Both the position numbers and the translations under genes were made by a program. Below are positions 28,355 to 42,806 of a stretch of 64,000 nucleotides of DNA, one piece after another (the first letter of the stretch is position 1; every line of letters begins with the position of its first letter). The stretch lies in assembly GCF_009914755.1 (NCBI RefSeq), contig NC_060931.1; one strand, given 5' to 3'. A model generated the notes under the pieces. The model was not told where the DNA came from. It saw only the letters and a list, made by a program, of their open reading frames with translations, and did not search any database. Source of the stretch: the human T2T-CHM13v2.0 reference genome, Homo sapiens.

Positions 28355-29964
28355 CAGCTAATTCACTATTGTTAGACAGCTTGTACCAATTTTCACTGTT
28401 ACAAATATCAAGAAAATTGGCTGAAACTGAGTTAGAAAATTAAAAGGAAAACAAACAAACCATACAGGTCGAGGGGGATCCAAAAGGCTTAAAGACAAAT
28501 AAAGGACTGTAAATTTACCCCATAGTGTTGTATGTGAATATACAAATACACTCATTTTCCTGTCAAGTCACTATTCTGACTAATGGTCTTATTAACTATA
28601 TTCTACCTACACCATCCTATCTATATGCTTTTGGAAGCCTACCACCATTTCTGAAATCAAGATCCTGTGTACACACAGCACCTAACATGAAGCATGACAC
28701 AAAGTTGTATTCAGGAAGCAGATTCAAACCAAATACTCCTGTGAAATGACTGTGATTTAGTTTGTACCACGACACCAACTAACAATGACTGCAATTGTGA
28801 CCCCTTGCTTTATACAGCCTTCTCTTAAAGCAAAAGAGAGAAAGAGAACCTCTGTGTTAATGAATCAGCTGATGTTAAATCCCACAAGAATATCTAATGA
28901 ACACCTCTGAACTGGCAATGACACTTGCAGTCCTTGCTCAAAATACTTAAGAATAAGCACAGGACTCTCCATATGCAAAAGAAGATATTATCAGCAAGGA
29001 GCAAAAGATGGTTATAAGGAAGAGAGATGGTAGTTTTAACATCAGAGTTCAGGGGAAAGCTACAATCAGTATGGAAATATATGAAAAAGTTAGCTGAACT
29101 CATTAAAGAAAAAAGTATATTTTTTAACAGGCATTTGATGGATATGAGACAATGGGAATCATAAAGGAAAATGAAGTTGCTATGGACCCAACTCTCCCAC
29201 CCTGACCGCTGTAGATACCATTCAAATACTCTGGGAGTCCTACATATTGACATCAAAAAAGCAATCAGCAATGAAGAACACCTGTTTTTCCGACTGAAAA
29301 TGATTTTTATTTAAGCATTATATTTCTATTTTTAGCCTCAGATAGCTTAGTATACATAGGAAAACTCACCGAAAAATACTTTAAACAGTAGAGCTATTTT
29401 ATTGCTTGGTTTTTCATATCTAAAAAAATGCTTGTGAAGGTTACATTTGTGTTTTACTTCCTGCTAATCAATGGTTTTTAATCAATTTTGGTACATTGAT
29501 GACAGCATGAAATACATTTCTAGGAATGAGACCACAATTTACAACACAGTACCTAGAATAAATAAAGGTATGTATTTACAATGCCTCAACGTGCAACCGT
29601 TAGATTGGTGGCTGCCTGTGGTGTAACTGTGAATTAACTAGGGAGCCTTAATTTTAATTCTTAAAAATGTTCAGACGATTCACTTGAAAACTACAATGGT
29701 AAGTAATGTGGGAAGAAGTTTCAGGTAGAAGGCTACAATCAAGCATCTGAAAACTTGCGGAAATACTATCCTAGAGATCCAAACACTGGACAGGAGACAG
29801 AGAGGAACTGCTAATGTCAAAACCCTTCTAGCCACCAAAACCCCAGCTCCAATCTGACCCAAAGATGAACAAACACACGAGGAAGCACTCCTACACTTCA
29901 TGTTTAGGGATGGCAGTGGTAAGAAAAGGCTCACCGGATTATCTAGATTCTAAAAAGATTTGTA

Positions 29965-30480
29965 GCCAGGGGACTGGGAGCTATTGGCAGATGCTGGCCA
30001 AAAGGGCACAGACTTTCAGTTCTAAGATGAATAAATTCGGGGATCTAATGTACGCTATGGTTACTATATTTAATAATGCCATATTAAATACTTAAAATTT
30101 ACCAATGGATTTTAAGTATTCTCATCCCCAAAGAAATGGTAACTATGTGAGGCAACTGATAATGTTAATTAGCTTGAACGTGGCAATCACTTCACAATAA
30201 ATACTAAATACATTTGGTATATATCAAATTATCATTGTATAACTTAAATATGTATAATTTGGCTGGGCATGGTGGCTGACGCCTGTAATCCTAGCACTTT
30301 GGGAGGCCGAGGCAGGCGGATCACGAGGTCAGGAGTTTGAGACCAGCCTGGCCAACATAGTGAAACCCCGTCTCTACTAAAAATACAAAAATATATATAT
30401 ATGTATATTTTATATATATATATAATATAAAATTTTAATTTGTCAATTATACCTCAATAAAGCTAGAAAAAAATAAAAAT
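29965..30480 (+). mobile_element. L1MA-type 3' end interrupted by an Alu left arm
   Basis: aagatgaataaattcggggatctaatgtac...tgtcaattatacctcaataaagct. Confidence 0.85.
30261..30391 (+). mobile_element. AluS left monomer only, followed by (AT)n
   Basis: ggctgggcatggtggc...ctctactaaaaatacaaaaa, then atatatat; no right arm. Confidence 0.92.
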
Positions 30481-32653
30481 GTTGATAACATGGGCAAAAG
30501 AAATAAAATTTAAAAACAATCTTAATAATAATTTTTTAAATATTTACAGTTTTATAAAAAGTTTCCCATATTGAATCCTCCCTCAAAAAGGATTCAAAAT
30601 CCAATTTATTATTTGCAGACCACTGCTGGAAGCTTATAGAAGCTGGCTGACACTACCATCTCTGTCCTTCAGGTAAAATTTGCCATTTCAAATTTTCCTC
30701 ATTTCATTCACTCCAGTCCTTTCCTTGTTTGCTGACTGACATTTTCCAGCTTACAAAGCAACTTGCCCCTGCGGCCAGGTCCCCTCATTCTATCCCACCG
30801 TAACGCCAAACAGCTGACTATCTGATTTCTAAAAATGAACTCCACTGCAAACAGCATCGCGACAATTTAATGATTTGTCAAAGTAGTAGAACCAGTTATT
30901 ATAAAGTGTATTTCAGTGTTCAAAAGTAAAGGTCCTATGAAGCTAAAGCTTACCTGCTGACAGGGAAAGCTGGACAATTAAAAAAAAAAATCCAGACAAC
31001 ATTCACTTGACAGATTTATTTCTAAAATAGAAACTTCATTTGCCATGCTCCTGTATTAAAATTCTTGCTACACAAGAAGGTTACACTTACAAAAAAAATT
31101 CATTGGTTCACGTGTTTGAAAGCTCTCTCCAATGGCACTTTTAAGAGATGTACTTTCTCTTTTTTTTTTTTCAAGATGGAAACAAAACAGAATATGGAAT
31201 AAGCTTTTTATGCTCATGTGTCAAGCACTGGAGTCCATAAATCCAGCTATGGCATTCAACTACTAAGAAGATACCTTGAAAACCTAAAATAAAAGTTTAT
31301 GCCAGACAGAACTATAGCCTCCTAGTCCTAGTCCCTGGTGGATAAAGAGCTATCTCTGAACACCTAAGAAGCCAGAACTTTGAAAAGGAAATAGCTGTCA
31401 AACTACAGTTTCAGGGTTTCTTCTGTTACATTGCTATGTTCTGCAATGTATGTTGCATACTTGAAAAGTATGTTCTAATTACTTTAATAATTTTTATAGG
31501 AATCAAAAATTGTAATAAGATTAAAGAACTATTAAATATTAATAGACATCTCTCTCAAATTTTCTTATGACTTCACGAATATCTCATAGTGGTCCTCTAT
31601 TTTTCTACTTAGTTCCTCTAGTCTCTGTGCCACTTTAACCCATTGTTTGTAGAAGGTGGCATATAATTCCAACGATTTATTTGGCTGTCAGTCTAGAGAT
31701 CACTGTTCTTAAGGGTTAAGAATGTCTTTATTCCACATTACACCTTCATTTGGCTAGTCTTTGCTCCAATTTTTTGAAGATTAAATTATTTCTTAAAGGC
31801 AGAAAGTCATAACCTCTCAGTTATCTGACATATGTCTTTATTCTCTTTTCCCCCTATGTGATCTGCCACCTGTTCTCAACAGAGGAGGGATCTTGATATC
31901 TATAACATGATTATTGCAAGGTTATAACCATTTGCTAAATGTTGGGCTTTTCAAAATTGTTCTGCCTAGTTTCTGCTGCTAGTTTAAAATTGCAGCTGAA
32001 AGGATTGAAGTAGCTACTGAGCCAATGTAGTTATCTCATTTTTCAAAGATATAAACCTCTATAACTCAGTTACAAAAAGAGCAGCTCCTCCTAAAAATTT
32101 GCGAACACTTTCAAAATGAAAGTGATCATTTCACAAGTCCTCCTTTCTTAATGTAACCTTCTAAATGCCTTTAGTTTTTAACATCAGATATATTTCTTAA
32201 TGAAATTAGAAAAATACATCCTAAAATACCTCAACTAAATAAATCTATTTCAAAACAAACAAAACACGCTAATGTCAAAAACATGAAGCATAAATAATCT
32301 TTACAAGTACATACCACACAACATGTAGAAAAAGGAAATTCTCTGGAGATTTCTGCAAACCACACCAAGCTGATACACATTTTGAAAATCTCCATTTAAC
32401 CATATGCAAACAGATCATTATAGTTTATCAAGAAAATGGTACTTTTTAGTACTTAGTAAATACATATTTACATGATAAAATTTAATGGATCCAAATAAAT
32501 CAAAGTTTGTATGTTACAAGTCATTAAATTGCGGACACAGTTACATGTTTCTAAAGCCTTTAACATAAGTAAAATAAATTATAATGGCTTTTTTAAATAA
32601 ATTATTCTAAATCACAAACTATTATCACACTTTTAAAAGACTTGTTTTGTCAT

Positions 32654-32730
32654 ACACACACACACACACACACACACCCCTCCATATATACAGATAGATA
32701 GATATATCTCATTCATATATATATATATAT
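32654..32730. repeat. (AC)n, (GATA)n and (AT)n microsatellite cluster
   Basis: Directly visible. Confidence 0.95.
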
Positions 32731-32874
32731 CTTCTGTAGTAAGTGGAAATAATTTGCTTGTATTACCCTAGGGTGCTTTGATTGTACTGGGAATAAAAAC
32801 AGGTTTTCCTTAAAGAATGATGATATATAATGGCTTTTTAAAGGGAAAGAACCCCAAACCAAAGTTTTAAGAGT

Positions 32875-33184
32875 AGACAGTCTTTGACTTATGATTATTT
32901 GACTTAATGATTTTTCAACTTTATGATGGTACCTATACAATGATTAAATTTTTCACTTTCAGTCTTCAATAAATTACATTATATATTCAATGCTTTATTA
33001 TAAAATAGGCTTTGTGTTAAATGATTTTGCCTAACTGTAGTGTTCTGACTACAATTAAGGTAGGCTAGGCTAAGATGTGATGTTCAGTAGGTTAAGTATA
33101 TCAAATGCATTTTTGACTTAACAATATTTTTAACTTACAATAGGCTTATCAGGACAACCTCAACTGTAAATTGAGGAGCATTTG
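32875..33184 (-). mobile_element. MER47A-like TcMar-Tigger MITE
   Basis: taaggtaggctaggctaagatgtgatgttcagtaggtta; ends gaggagcatttg followed by TA. Confidence 0.85.
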
Positions 33185-33247
33185 TAGTTCATCTGCCATC
33201 CCATAACTAATTACAGAAAAATTAGTGGCTTTGAAACCTAAAAGGGG

Positions 33248-34620
33248 TACTGGCATAAAGATAGCTATATAGATTGGTAGAATTCAGAATCCAGAAATAA
33301 ACCCTAACATTTATGGTTAACCAATTTTCCACAAAGGGCCCACACAATGGGAAAAGAATAGTCTTTGCAACAGTGATGCTGGGCCAACTGGATATTCACA
33401 TGCAAAAGAATAAATTTGGACTCCTGTCTTACATCATACATAATGAACTCAAAATATATTGTACACCTAATTTAAGAGTAAAAAATACAAAAGTCTTAAA
33501 AGAAACAAGCATTAATCTTCATGACCTTGGAAGAGGCAACAGGCAGTGATCTCTTAGATACAACACCAATAGCACAAGTATCAAAAAAATTAAGATAAAT
33601 GTGACTTTATTAAAGTTACAAACTTCTGTGCCTCAAAGGATACCATCAATAAAGTGAAAAGACAACTCATAGGCTGGGAAAAAATATTTGCGAATCATGT
33701 ATCTGATAAGGAATATCTACCCAGAATTTATTTTTGAAGTTTATAACTCTATAATTAAAAAAACCCAATTAAAAAATAGGCGAAGAATCTGAATAAACAT
33801 TTCTCCAAAGAAGATATGCAAATGGCCAATAAGCACAGGAAAACATGGTCAACATCATCAGTCATTAGAAGAAAGTCAAAACCACAATGAGATATCACTT
33901 AACACATACCAGAGTGATTATAATCAAAAAGAGAAAATAAAATGAATATTGGTGAGAATGTAGACAATTAAAACCCTCATATATTTCTGATGAGAATGTA
34001 AAATGGAACAATCACTTTGGGAAACGGTTTGGCAATTCTTCAAAATGTCCAACATAGAGTTACTATATGATTCAACAATTCCATACTCAAGAGAAATGAA
34101 AACACACAGCCACAAAAAGCTGTACAAAAATGTTCATAGCAGCATTATTCATAATAGCCAAAAAGTAGAAACAATCCAAATGTCAATCAAGCGACAAACG
34201 GATGAATAAAACATGATAGATCTATACAATGAAATATCATTTGGACATAAAAAGGAATGAAATACGGATACATGCCACAACATTGATGTACCTAGAAAAA
34301 TAAGGAAAGAAGTTAGACACAAAGGCCATATATTACATGATTCCATTTATATGAAATATCCAGAATAGGAAAACTTATAGAGAAAGAAAATAGATTAGTG
34401 GTTGCCTAGGGATGAGAGGAGGGGAGGAAGGAAGATGGGGAGTGACTGCTAATAGGTGCAAGGTTTCTTTTTGGGGTGACGGAAGTGTTCTAAAATTAGC
34501 TTACGTTGATGGTTACACAGCACTGTAAATATATTAAAAACGACTAAACAGCACACTATCATCTGGTGAACCTCATGGTATGCAAATTATGTATCAATAA
34601 AACTATTTTAAAACAGCTAA
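33248..34620 (+). mobile_element. L1MB-type ORF2 C-terminus and 3'UTR, ~1.4 kb, disabled
   Basis: Remnant peptide SLWETVWQFFKMSNIELLYDSTIP resembles the L1 ORF2 C-terminus; ends tcaataaaactattttaaaa. Confidence 0.9.
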
Positions 34621-35428
34621 AAAAATAATGACTTAATACCAATTACTTACACTGACATGGGTAATCACGGGATTCCTCACTTTAAAATATCATACATGTG
34701 CTTTTCTCATGCCCCATATACTAAGCCTTACATACAATACACTAAGCTCTTCAGTGTATGTTTTCTTTTAAATTATTTTAGTCCCAAATGTCTAAGTTAA
34801 TAATAAAATCATTTTTAATTCAATTTTTCACCAGATGACCTTAACTGTTTTTATTTTACTCTCATGTTATATACATATAAACTTTTTTTCTGTATGCTTG
34901 GAACGAGATGTCAACAGATGCATTTTTGGAGAACTGAATAGGAAAAAAAAATTACTCTCTCATAGAAAACTGAACATAGAACAGCTTGTCAAGTAGTCAG
35001 TGACAACCAAAGAGACAAACCAAACCCCTGATGTTCTGCCTGTTCAGCATTTTTTGAATTCTACTTATCTTATTGCTTATCACAATGTCCAACTTTCTAT
35101 AAATTCCAAGCTCTTCCCATGTTATCTTACCAACAATTAGATGCTAGATTACTCTGTTGTTCCTGCACTGCTCATGGATCTACTCAATGGACTCTGACCC
35201 AGACTGCTGCATGCACACTGTCCTTTCTACGGATGTCTGCAAATGATATCAAATGCTAAGTAAAAGGATGAAGAATATGTTACTGACAGTTAACCCAGAC
35301 ATCCTACAGGGAGACAAGACACTCATGCAGCAGAATTAATGTGGCAAACTTGATAAGACTACAGGTATCCCTTGCAGCAGAAAAGCAATTATTAAACTTC
35401 ACAAATACACTGATTATTAAAGAACACA

Positions 35429-35866
<438 letters not shown>

Positions 35867-35969
35867 CTAACTCTTGAAATTGGAAATTGAAAATCAAAAC
35901 TGCATCAAAACATGCTAGGGAAATATTTAAACCAAAGTGATTTATCAACATTTTAAGTGTATAGCAGAT

Positions 35970-36140
35970 TATTAAGAAGGCAGCAGACATCTTAGAACCT
36001 GACCTTCCAGCCCCGGTCAAGCAGCTCCAACCAATATCCCAATTGAACCCTCATGAGCAACCTTCAGCCAGGGCCTAACAGCTAAGCCACTCTTGAATTT
36101 TCTAAGTATGAGATAATAAATGTTTGTTGTTTTAAGTCAT
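35970..36140 (+). mobile_element. MLT1-type MaLR LTR fragment
   Basis: cagctaagccactcttgaatt...tgagataataaatgtttgttgttttaagtca. Confidence 0.65.
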
Positions 36141-36200
36141 TTAAAACAAAAAGCAGTGACCATTCCCAGTGAGAATTAAATAAAATGTAATTCTTTATTC

Positions 36201-36503
<303 letters not shown>

Positions 36504-36579
36504 TTATTTATTCTTACTGAGTTTTTAATAAGAACACCTGGGTTTAAATTTCAGCTATGTGAACTTATGCTATTATCAC

Positions 36580-37062
36580 TGTGATGGTTAATAACAAGTG
36601 TCAACTTGATTGGATTGAAGGATGCAAAGTATTGCTCCTGGGTGTGTCTGAGGGTGCTGCCCAAAGGAGATTAACATTTGAGTTGGTGGACTGGGAGAGG
36701 CAGACCCACCCTCAATCTGCATGGGCACAATCTAATCTAATCAGCTAATCTGGCCAGGATGGCCAGAATAAAAGCAGGCAGAAGAACGTGAAAAGACTAG
36801 ACTGGCTTAGCCTCCCAGCCTACATCTTTCTCTCTTGCTGGATGTTTCCTGCCCTTGAACATCAGACTCCAAGTTCTTCAGCTTAGGACTCAGACTGGCT
36901 TCCTTGCTCCTCCGCTTGCAGAGATGGCCTATTGCGGGACCTCATTTTGTGATCTTGTGAGTTAATACTCCCCAATAAACTACTATATATATATATATAC
37001 ACATATATACACACACACACATCTATCCTATTAATTCTCTCCCTCTAGAGAACCCTAATACA
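36580..37062 (+). mobile_element. ERVL solo LTR (MLT2A1-like)
   Basis: tgtgatggttaat...gtgtcaacttgattggattgaaggatgcaaagtattg; internal (TA)n(CA)n; ends ctctagagaaccctaataca; TSD atcac / atcat. Confidence 0.92.
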
Positions 37063-37743
37063 ATCATACACAAAATTTCTTAACCCAAAAAGTGTTTAGT
37101 GAAGAAATACGAGAGGAATGTTAATGCTACTCTTTCCTGAGGCTGACAAAGACAAAGACAAGTAAGGTAGTTATTTTTTCAGGAGTGGATCAGCTGCAGA
37201 CCTAAGCTAGAGAATGTGAGATTAGGTCTGTAATTCCCACTAATTAGTCCCCTGGACATTTTAACATAAGGTGAATGCAACTACAGCCTAAGAATAACAA
37301 TGGGCTGTGAGATGGGGGAAGGAGGGGCTCTCTAACAGAAATCAGAACTGGCGTGATCTTGGCTTTATGTTGTGGAATGGAATCAGGATCTACCAACCTG
37401 CCACTCATTACAACGAGTCATGTAATGACCAGAAGGTTTTCCCGCCCTATCATTCTATTAACTATTGAACCAAGGGAAAATGACAGATAAGTATCATAAA
37501 ACATTTAAAAGCATTCAGTAGCTGGGCCTCAAAGCAGCCATTCCATAGCTCTATACTACTACAGAAATAGCTATAGACTACTTCCTTTTCACTGGCTCCA
37601 AACCGAATAGTAAATAATATTCGGAGTTCCAGTATGGTGATAGCATTTAGTATAAAAATAGTCTTTAAAATATCTCTAAGTAATAAAAACAGAAAAAAAA
37701 CTAATTTGACTTATTCTATAAGCAGACAGATTCTTTAATTTGA

Positions 37744-38120
<377 letters not shown>

Positions 38121-38378
38121 TAGCACTGAGATAATAAAATGTGCCATGAACATGTCAGCGAAGAGTAGCCATAACTGCTCTAAAAGTTTATCAAGGCCCG
38201 CAAGAGATTTTCTACAAGGAAAAAAAAAATCGGAAAAAAAAAATCAGTAGTTTAAGTGTGCTTTTGTTATTTTTAAATGCTGCCTCTTTTTTGTGGGAGG
38301 GGCAATGTTTCAAAGCTCTAGATGTAACAGCTCTCTTATTTTCTTGTCCTATATCTACTTCAAAGAAATGTAGCAAGA

Positions 38379-38733
<355 letters not shown>

Positions 38734-38873
38734 TCATCAGATTTCATTACATTTGTCTTTCTCGAATTTCTCCTAATGAATAGCCAGACATAAAAACATT
38801 AAGGATAAATTACAGAGTAAACACACAACACCCCTCAAGGCTACATATCAAGGTAGAGACACACAGCACTTAC

Positions 38874-38939
38874 CTTCTTCCCTCCGGTCACAAACTGCTT
38901 GCAACTGGATCTCACGAAATGTGGGTGCACAGCAATAAT
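38874..38939 (-). CDS. VPS41: VPS41 coding exon (probably exon 7), 66 nt, IIAVHPHFVRSSCKQFVTGGKK
   Basis: Acceptor ctgtttctcttgtag, donor AAG|gtaagt. In frame. Confidence 0.96.
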
Positions 38940-40199
38940 CTACAAGAGAAACAGAACCCAACTCTGGTTTAGGAGTCATGGCCAATGCACAGAATGAAAA
39001 CCCCTGACACAGTTCAAGCAGCATGATCTAAAAATTATCCTGAAACCTTGGTAGGAAGTAATATATTCAAATCATATTTTACAACAACTGATGACATCTG
39101 AGTTTTCTTCTTACGTGAAAAGATTTCTTCTCTGAAGCCAGGTCAAAGCTCAAAGAGTAGGATAAGTCAGTTCTAGTTTCTGGCTGAGGACCCCTATAAG
39201 TGGATGTCACCTGTATAGAGGCAGCAAGGGAGGTCAAGGGAGGTTGGTCAAGGTAGCAAGATGTCACAACTGTTTCTAACTGGATACAATTTACAGAAAA
39301 CAAAACAAAACAAAAAAAAACAGAAAGAAGCCAACTAACTCCTTGTCCAAGATGACTCTCAATGATAGACGGCACCAAGTGGCAACGCAGCCTCCCAGAC
39401 GTTTAGCCCACTTACACCAAGACCCCATCAATGGAGAGAGAACAGAGCTACAGGCCCAAAGAGCTAACCGTTCAGGACTTAGCTTTTTAGATACAACCTG
39501 TTCCCCTCATTCTCATCTGCTTCCCACTCATCCAATCTTTCTCCAGCCCCTTGCTACCCAGGTTTCTCTTAAGGTTGCTCCACCACCCTTGTTACTGTTT
39601 CCTTCATTTGCAAGGGCTTTATGATTACATAACATCATTAACATCTTGGGGAGGGGATGAAAACAAAAGCCCTCGTGGCTCCACTCAGTGCACCTCCATC
39701 TTTGGAGCTCATCTGTTGTGGCTGTAAGCTTGCATAGACTCCACCTCCTTCTCTCTTTATCCCCAAACCACCCATGAAATCACCAACTTAACTAATTTTG
39801 TGTTTTTCTAATTTAACATAGAGAATTTTTTTTAGGTAAACACACACACAAAATCTCACACAATTTTACTTCTATATACCTTCAATTAAACATATTTTAT
39901 ACTTGTATTAATTGACACATTTCCCTCCTACAATGGAATAGATTCCTCTTCCTACAATGTTATTTTTAAGGATTAGCATATGATCCTTCATTGCTCTAAA
40001 CACTCCTACCTCCCAGGTTAGCCCTTCTTCCCTTCAACACTTTCCTAATCCATCCTCAATACCAGTAGTGAAGGATTCACACATTCTATTGTTTCACATT
40101 CTTAAACTCTCCCCCTAGCTCTCTCGTAATGCATAACTGTAGATCAGGGACTGATTCCAAACATCTCCTCTGCTCCTCAAACACATTATGTTACCCTTT

Positions 40200-41950
40200 T
40201 CTTCCCTTCAGATGTAAGAAAATAAAGCCATCAGGGTCATTGCCCACAAGTGCTCCTCCTTCACTGTCTAACTTGCAATAGCTAGGCTCAGTCCACTTCC
40301 TTCATGCCTGTTTCACAGGCAGAGGGTCTAGGACTCTTCCAAGATTATCTTCCCTACCTAAGCTGTTGATCTCATTGCTTAGTGCTGCTCCAAGAAGCAT
40401 TCTCTTTATTTTTAATCTTTTCCTCTTTACTGGTTTTTGCCATGAACCAAAACATGGTCGGCAAAAACCTTCCCAGGACACGGCCCCTCTCTCTACCAGA
40501 TGATCTCTCTTCTTTATTACTAAATTTCTTTAAAGAAGAGTCTCTGCTGATTGTTTCTACTTCCTCATCTCCAATTTATTCCTTCATGTATAGTGACCCT
40601 CCTGCTCTGAAAAGAGTCCTCAGCAAGGTCACCAGTAACTTCAAAATCACCACATAGAATGCCCTTGTTTCAGTCCTTCCCCCTATTTAATCTCCACACT
40701 GCATTCGACACTGCTGACCACTTCCTCCTTGTAGAAACCCTCTCTCCCCTGGCTTCTCTGACACCACTCTTCGGGATTCCTTACAGTCCCTCCAACTGCT
40801 TCTTCTTAGACTCCTTTGCTGTTTTTTCTTCCACAGCCTGAGTATTCAAGTTAGAGTGTTCCAGAATTTCACCATCAGTCTTCTCTTCTCACTCTACAGC
40901 TCTAAATTGGATAATATCTTTAAAAATAGCTTCACCTTATTCAACTATGGTTATCACGTTTGTGTTTAAGGGCCAATCTCCATCCTGAGGCCCATATTCA
41001 TGTTTCTAAAACCTCCGTAACATCCCCACCTGATGTACTACACTTATCTAAACTCAGGACCAAACTAGCCTAGCCATGTCCTTACTCAAACATACCCTAC
41101 TGCAACTGATAGCATCCCACACCCCATCCCCAAAGCGAGAACCTGAACTGACCCTGAGCTCTTCCGTCTTTCATCACCCTCATCCAAGCCATCACTAAGG
41201 CTCGCTAAGTCTATTTAGCACAGGCTGTCCAAATAAATTTCATCCTTTCCATCTTGAACACTCACTATCATTCTTTTCATTGAGATCCTGTAATGCCCTG
41301 CCTAGAGTATTATATTAGGCTTCTAAATTGTCTTTTGTCCCCAATCACTCTCCTGTTTAAATCACCCTCCACTCTGGCAAATTCAACTTTTTAAAACATA
41401 CATCAGACCCTATCTCTCCTTTACCTGCTGGTCAATAAATGTTTGAATAAACAGGTGAAAAAAATAAATGACCTCTTCCTTCAACAACTATAATAGACAC
41501 CTCAACTACCATAATTTTTATCTAAAACTAGTCCTCTTGACTCTTATCTGTCCTTCAATCAATACTGTATACAGTCACCATATTAATTTTCTTAAAGCTT
41601 AGTTCAGTTTATTTACTTTGTTCTTAAATATTTAGTAATTTCTAGTTATCTACCAAATGGAGTCCAAATTCTTCAGCCTGAATGTAAAGCCAGCCCAATC
41701 TTCCTTCACATTCTCTTGTGAAATCAGTCTTTTATGTACCAAATAAATTGGACAATTTGCCATTTCCTGAACACAAGGTGAACTTTCTAGCCTCTCCATT
41801 TCTATTATGTTGTTCTTCCACATGGAAAGCCAGCTTCTCTCATCAGTCCTTCTCCATTTATTAAAGCCAAGTTAAACATCACTCCACCAATGAAGCCATC
41901 ACTGACAAGAACAGCTAAAAGTGATTCCTTTCAGCTTTGGAACGCTTAAT
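40200..41950 (+). mobile_element. L2 fragments
   Basis: cagcaaggtcaccagtaac, cattcgacactgctgaccacttcctccttg, tail tcaataaatgtttgaataaa at ~41440. Confidence 0.75.
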
Positions 41951-41987
41951 ATTATTCCTACCTCTTTGAGTCTTTTACCACAGATCG

Positions 41988-42023
41988 TGTGTGTGTGTGC
42001 GTGCGTGTGTGTGTGTGTGTGTG
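41988..42023. repeat. Interrupted (TG)n microsatellite
   Basis: Directly visible, ~235 nt downstream of the 63-nt exon in transcript orientation. Confidence 0.95.
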
Positions 42024-42256
42024 AGTGATCTCACTCACTATAATAAAATACCCCTGAAGACAGACTGAGATCACAGTCACAAAATACACAGTCTGTCTTC
42101 TTTCACAGCATCTAAATAGTATCCAGTACATCTGAAGTGTTGAACAGACACTTACTGACAAAATTAATACAGAAGTGGTAATGTTCAAATTACTGTAATC
42201 CATATTGCCTTACTTGAGAAAACCCTTAGAAAAAGTAAAACTTGCTGAATACTTAC

Positions 42257-42319
42257 TTTAATGGGACAGTCAAAAGTCTCGTGAAATTCTTCTCCAGAAT
42301 ACAGTCCAAATACCTGCAC
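42257..42319 (-). CDS. VPS41: VPS41 coding exon (probably exon 6), 63 nt, VQVFGLYSGEEFHETFDCPIK
   Basis: Acceptor ttttctttgtag, donor AAA|gtaagt. Continues the frame of the previous exon. Confidence 0.96.
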
Positions 42320-42475
42320 CTACAAAGAAAATGGATTGTATCAGCTCACCATGACAGCAATAGAGAAGGCTACTGAGTCAGTATGAGCACATACTATCAA
42401 TAAGAAAAGTAGAATATTTAATAATTTTAAGGCCCCGTGACCTCTATTAAATATCTAATGAAAACAATCCCATCA

Positions 42476-42806
42476 GCCACGTACGGTGGCTCACGCCTGT
42501 AATCCCAGCACTTTGAGAGGCAGAGGCCGAGGTGGGTGGATCACCTAAGGTCAGGAGTTGAAGACCACCCTGACCAATATGGTGAAACCCCATCTCTACT
42601 AAAAATATGAAAATTAGCCAGGCATGGTGGCGTGCATCTGTAGTCCCAGCTACTCAGGAGGATGATAGGAGAATTGCTTGAACCTGGGAGGCAGAGGTTG
42701 CAGAGAGCCGAGATTGTGCCACTGCACTCCAGCATGGGTGACAGAGTGAGACTCCGTCTCAAAAAAAAAAAAAAAAAGAAAAAGAAAAAGAAAAAAGAAA
42801 AAAGAA
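42476..42806 (+). mobile_element. AluS with long A/(GAAAAA)n tail
   Basis: TSD aatcccatcag; ~155 nt from the acceptor at 42320. Confidence 0.95.

Noticed and set aside
33313-34209. ORFs resembling the L1 ORF2 C-terminus
   Set aside because: Frameshifted remnants of a dead L1MB-type element.
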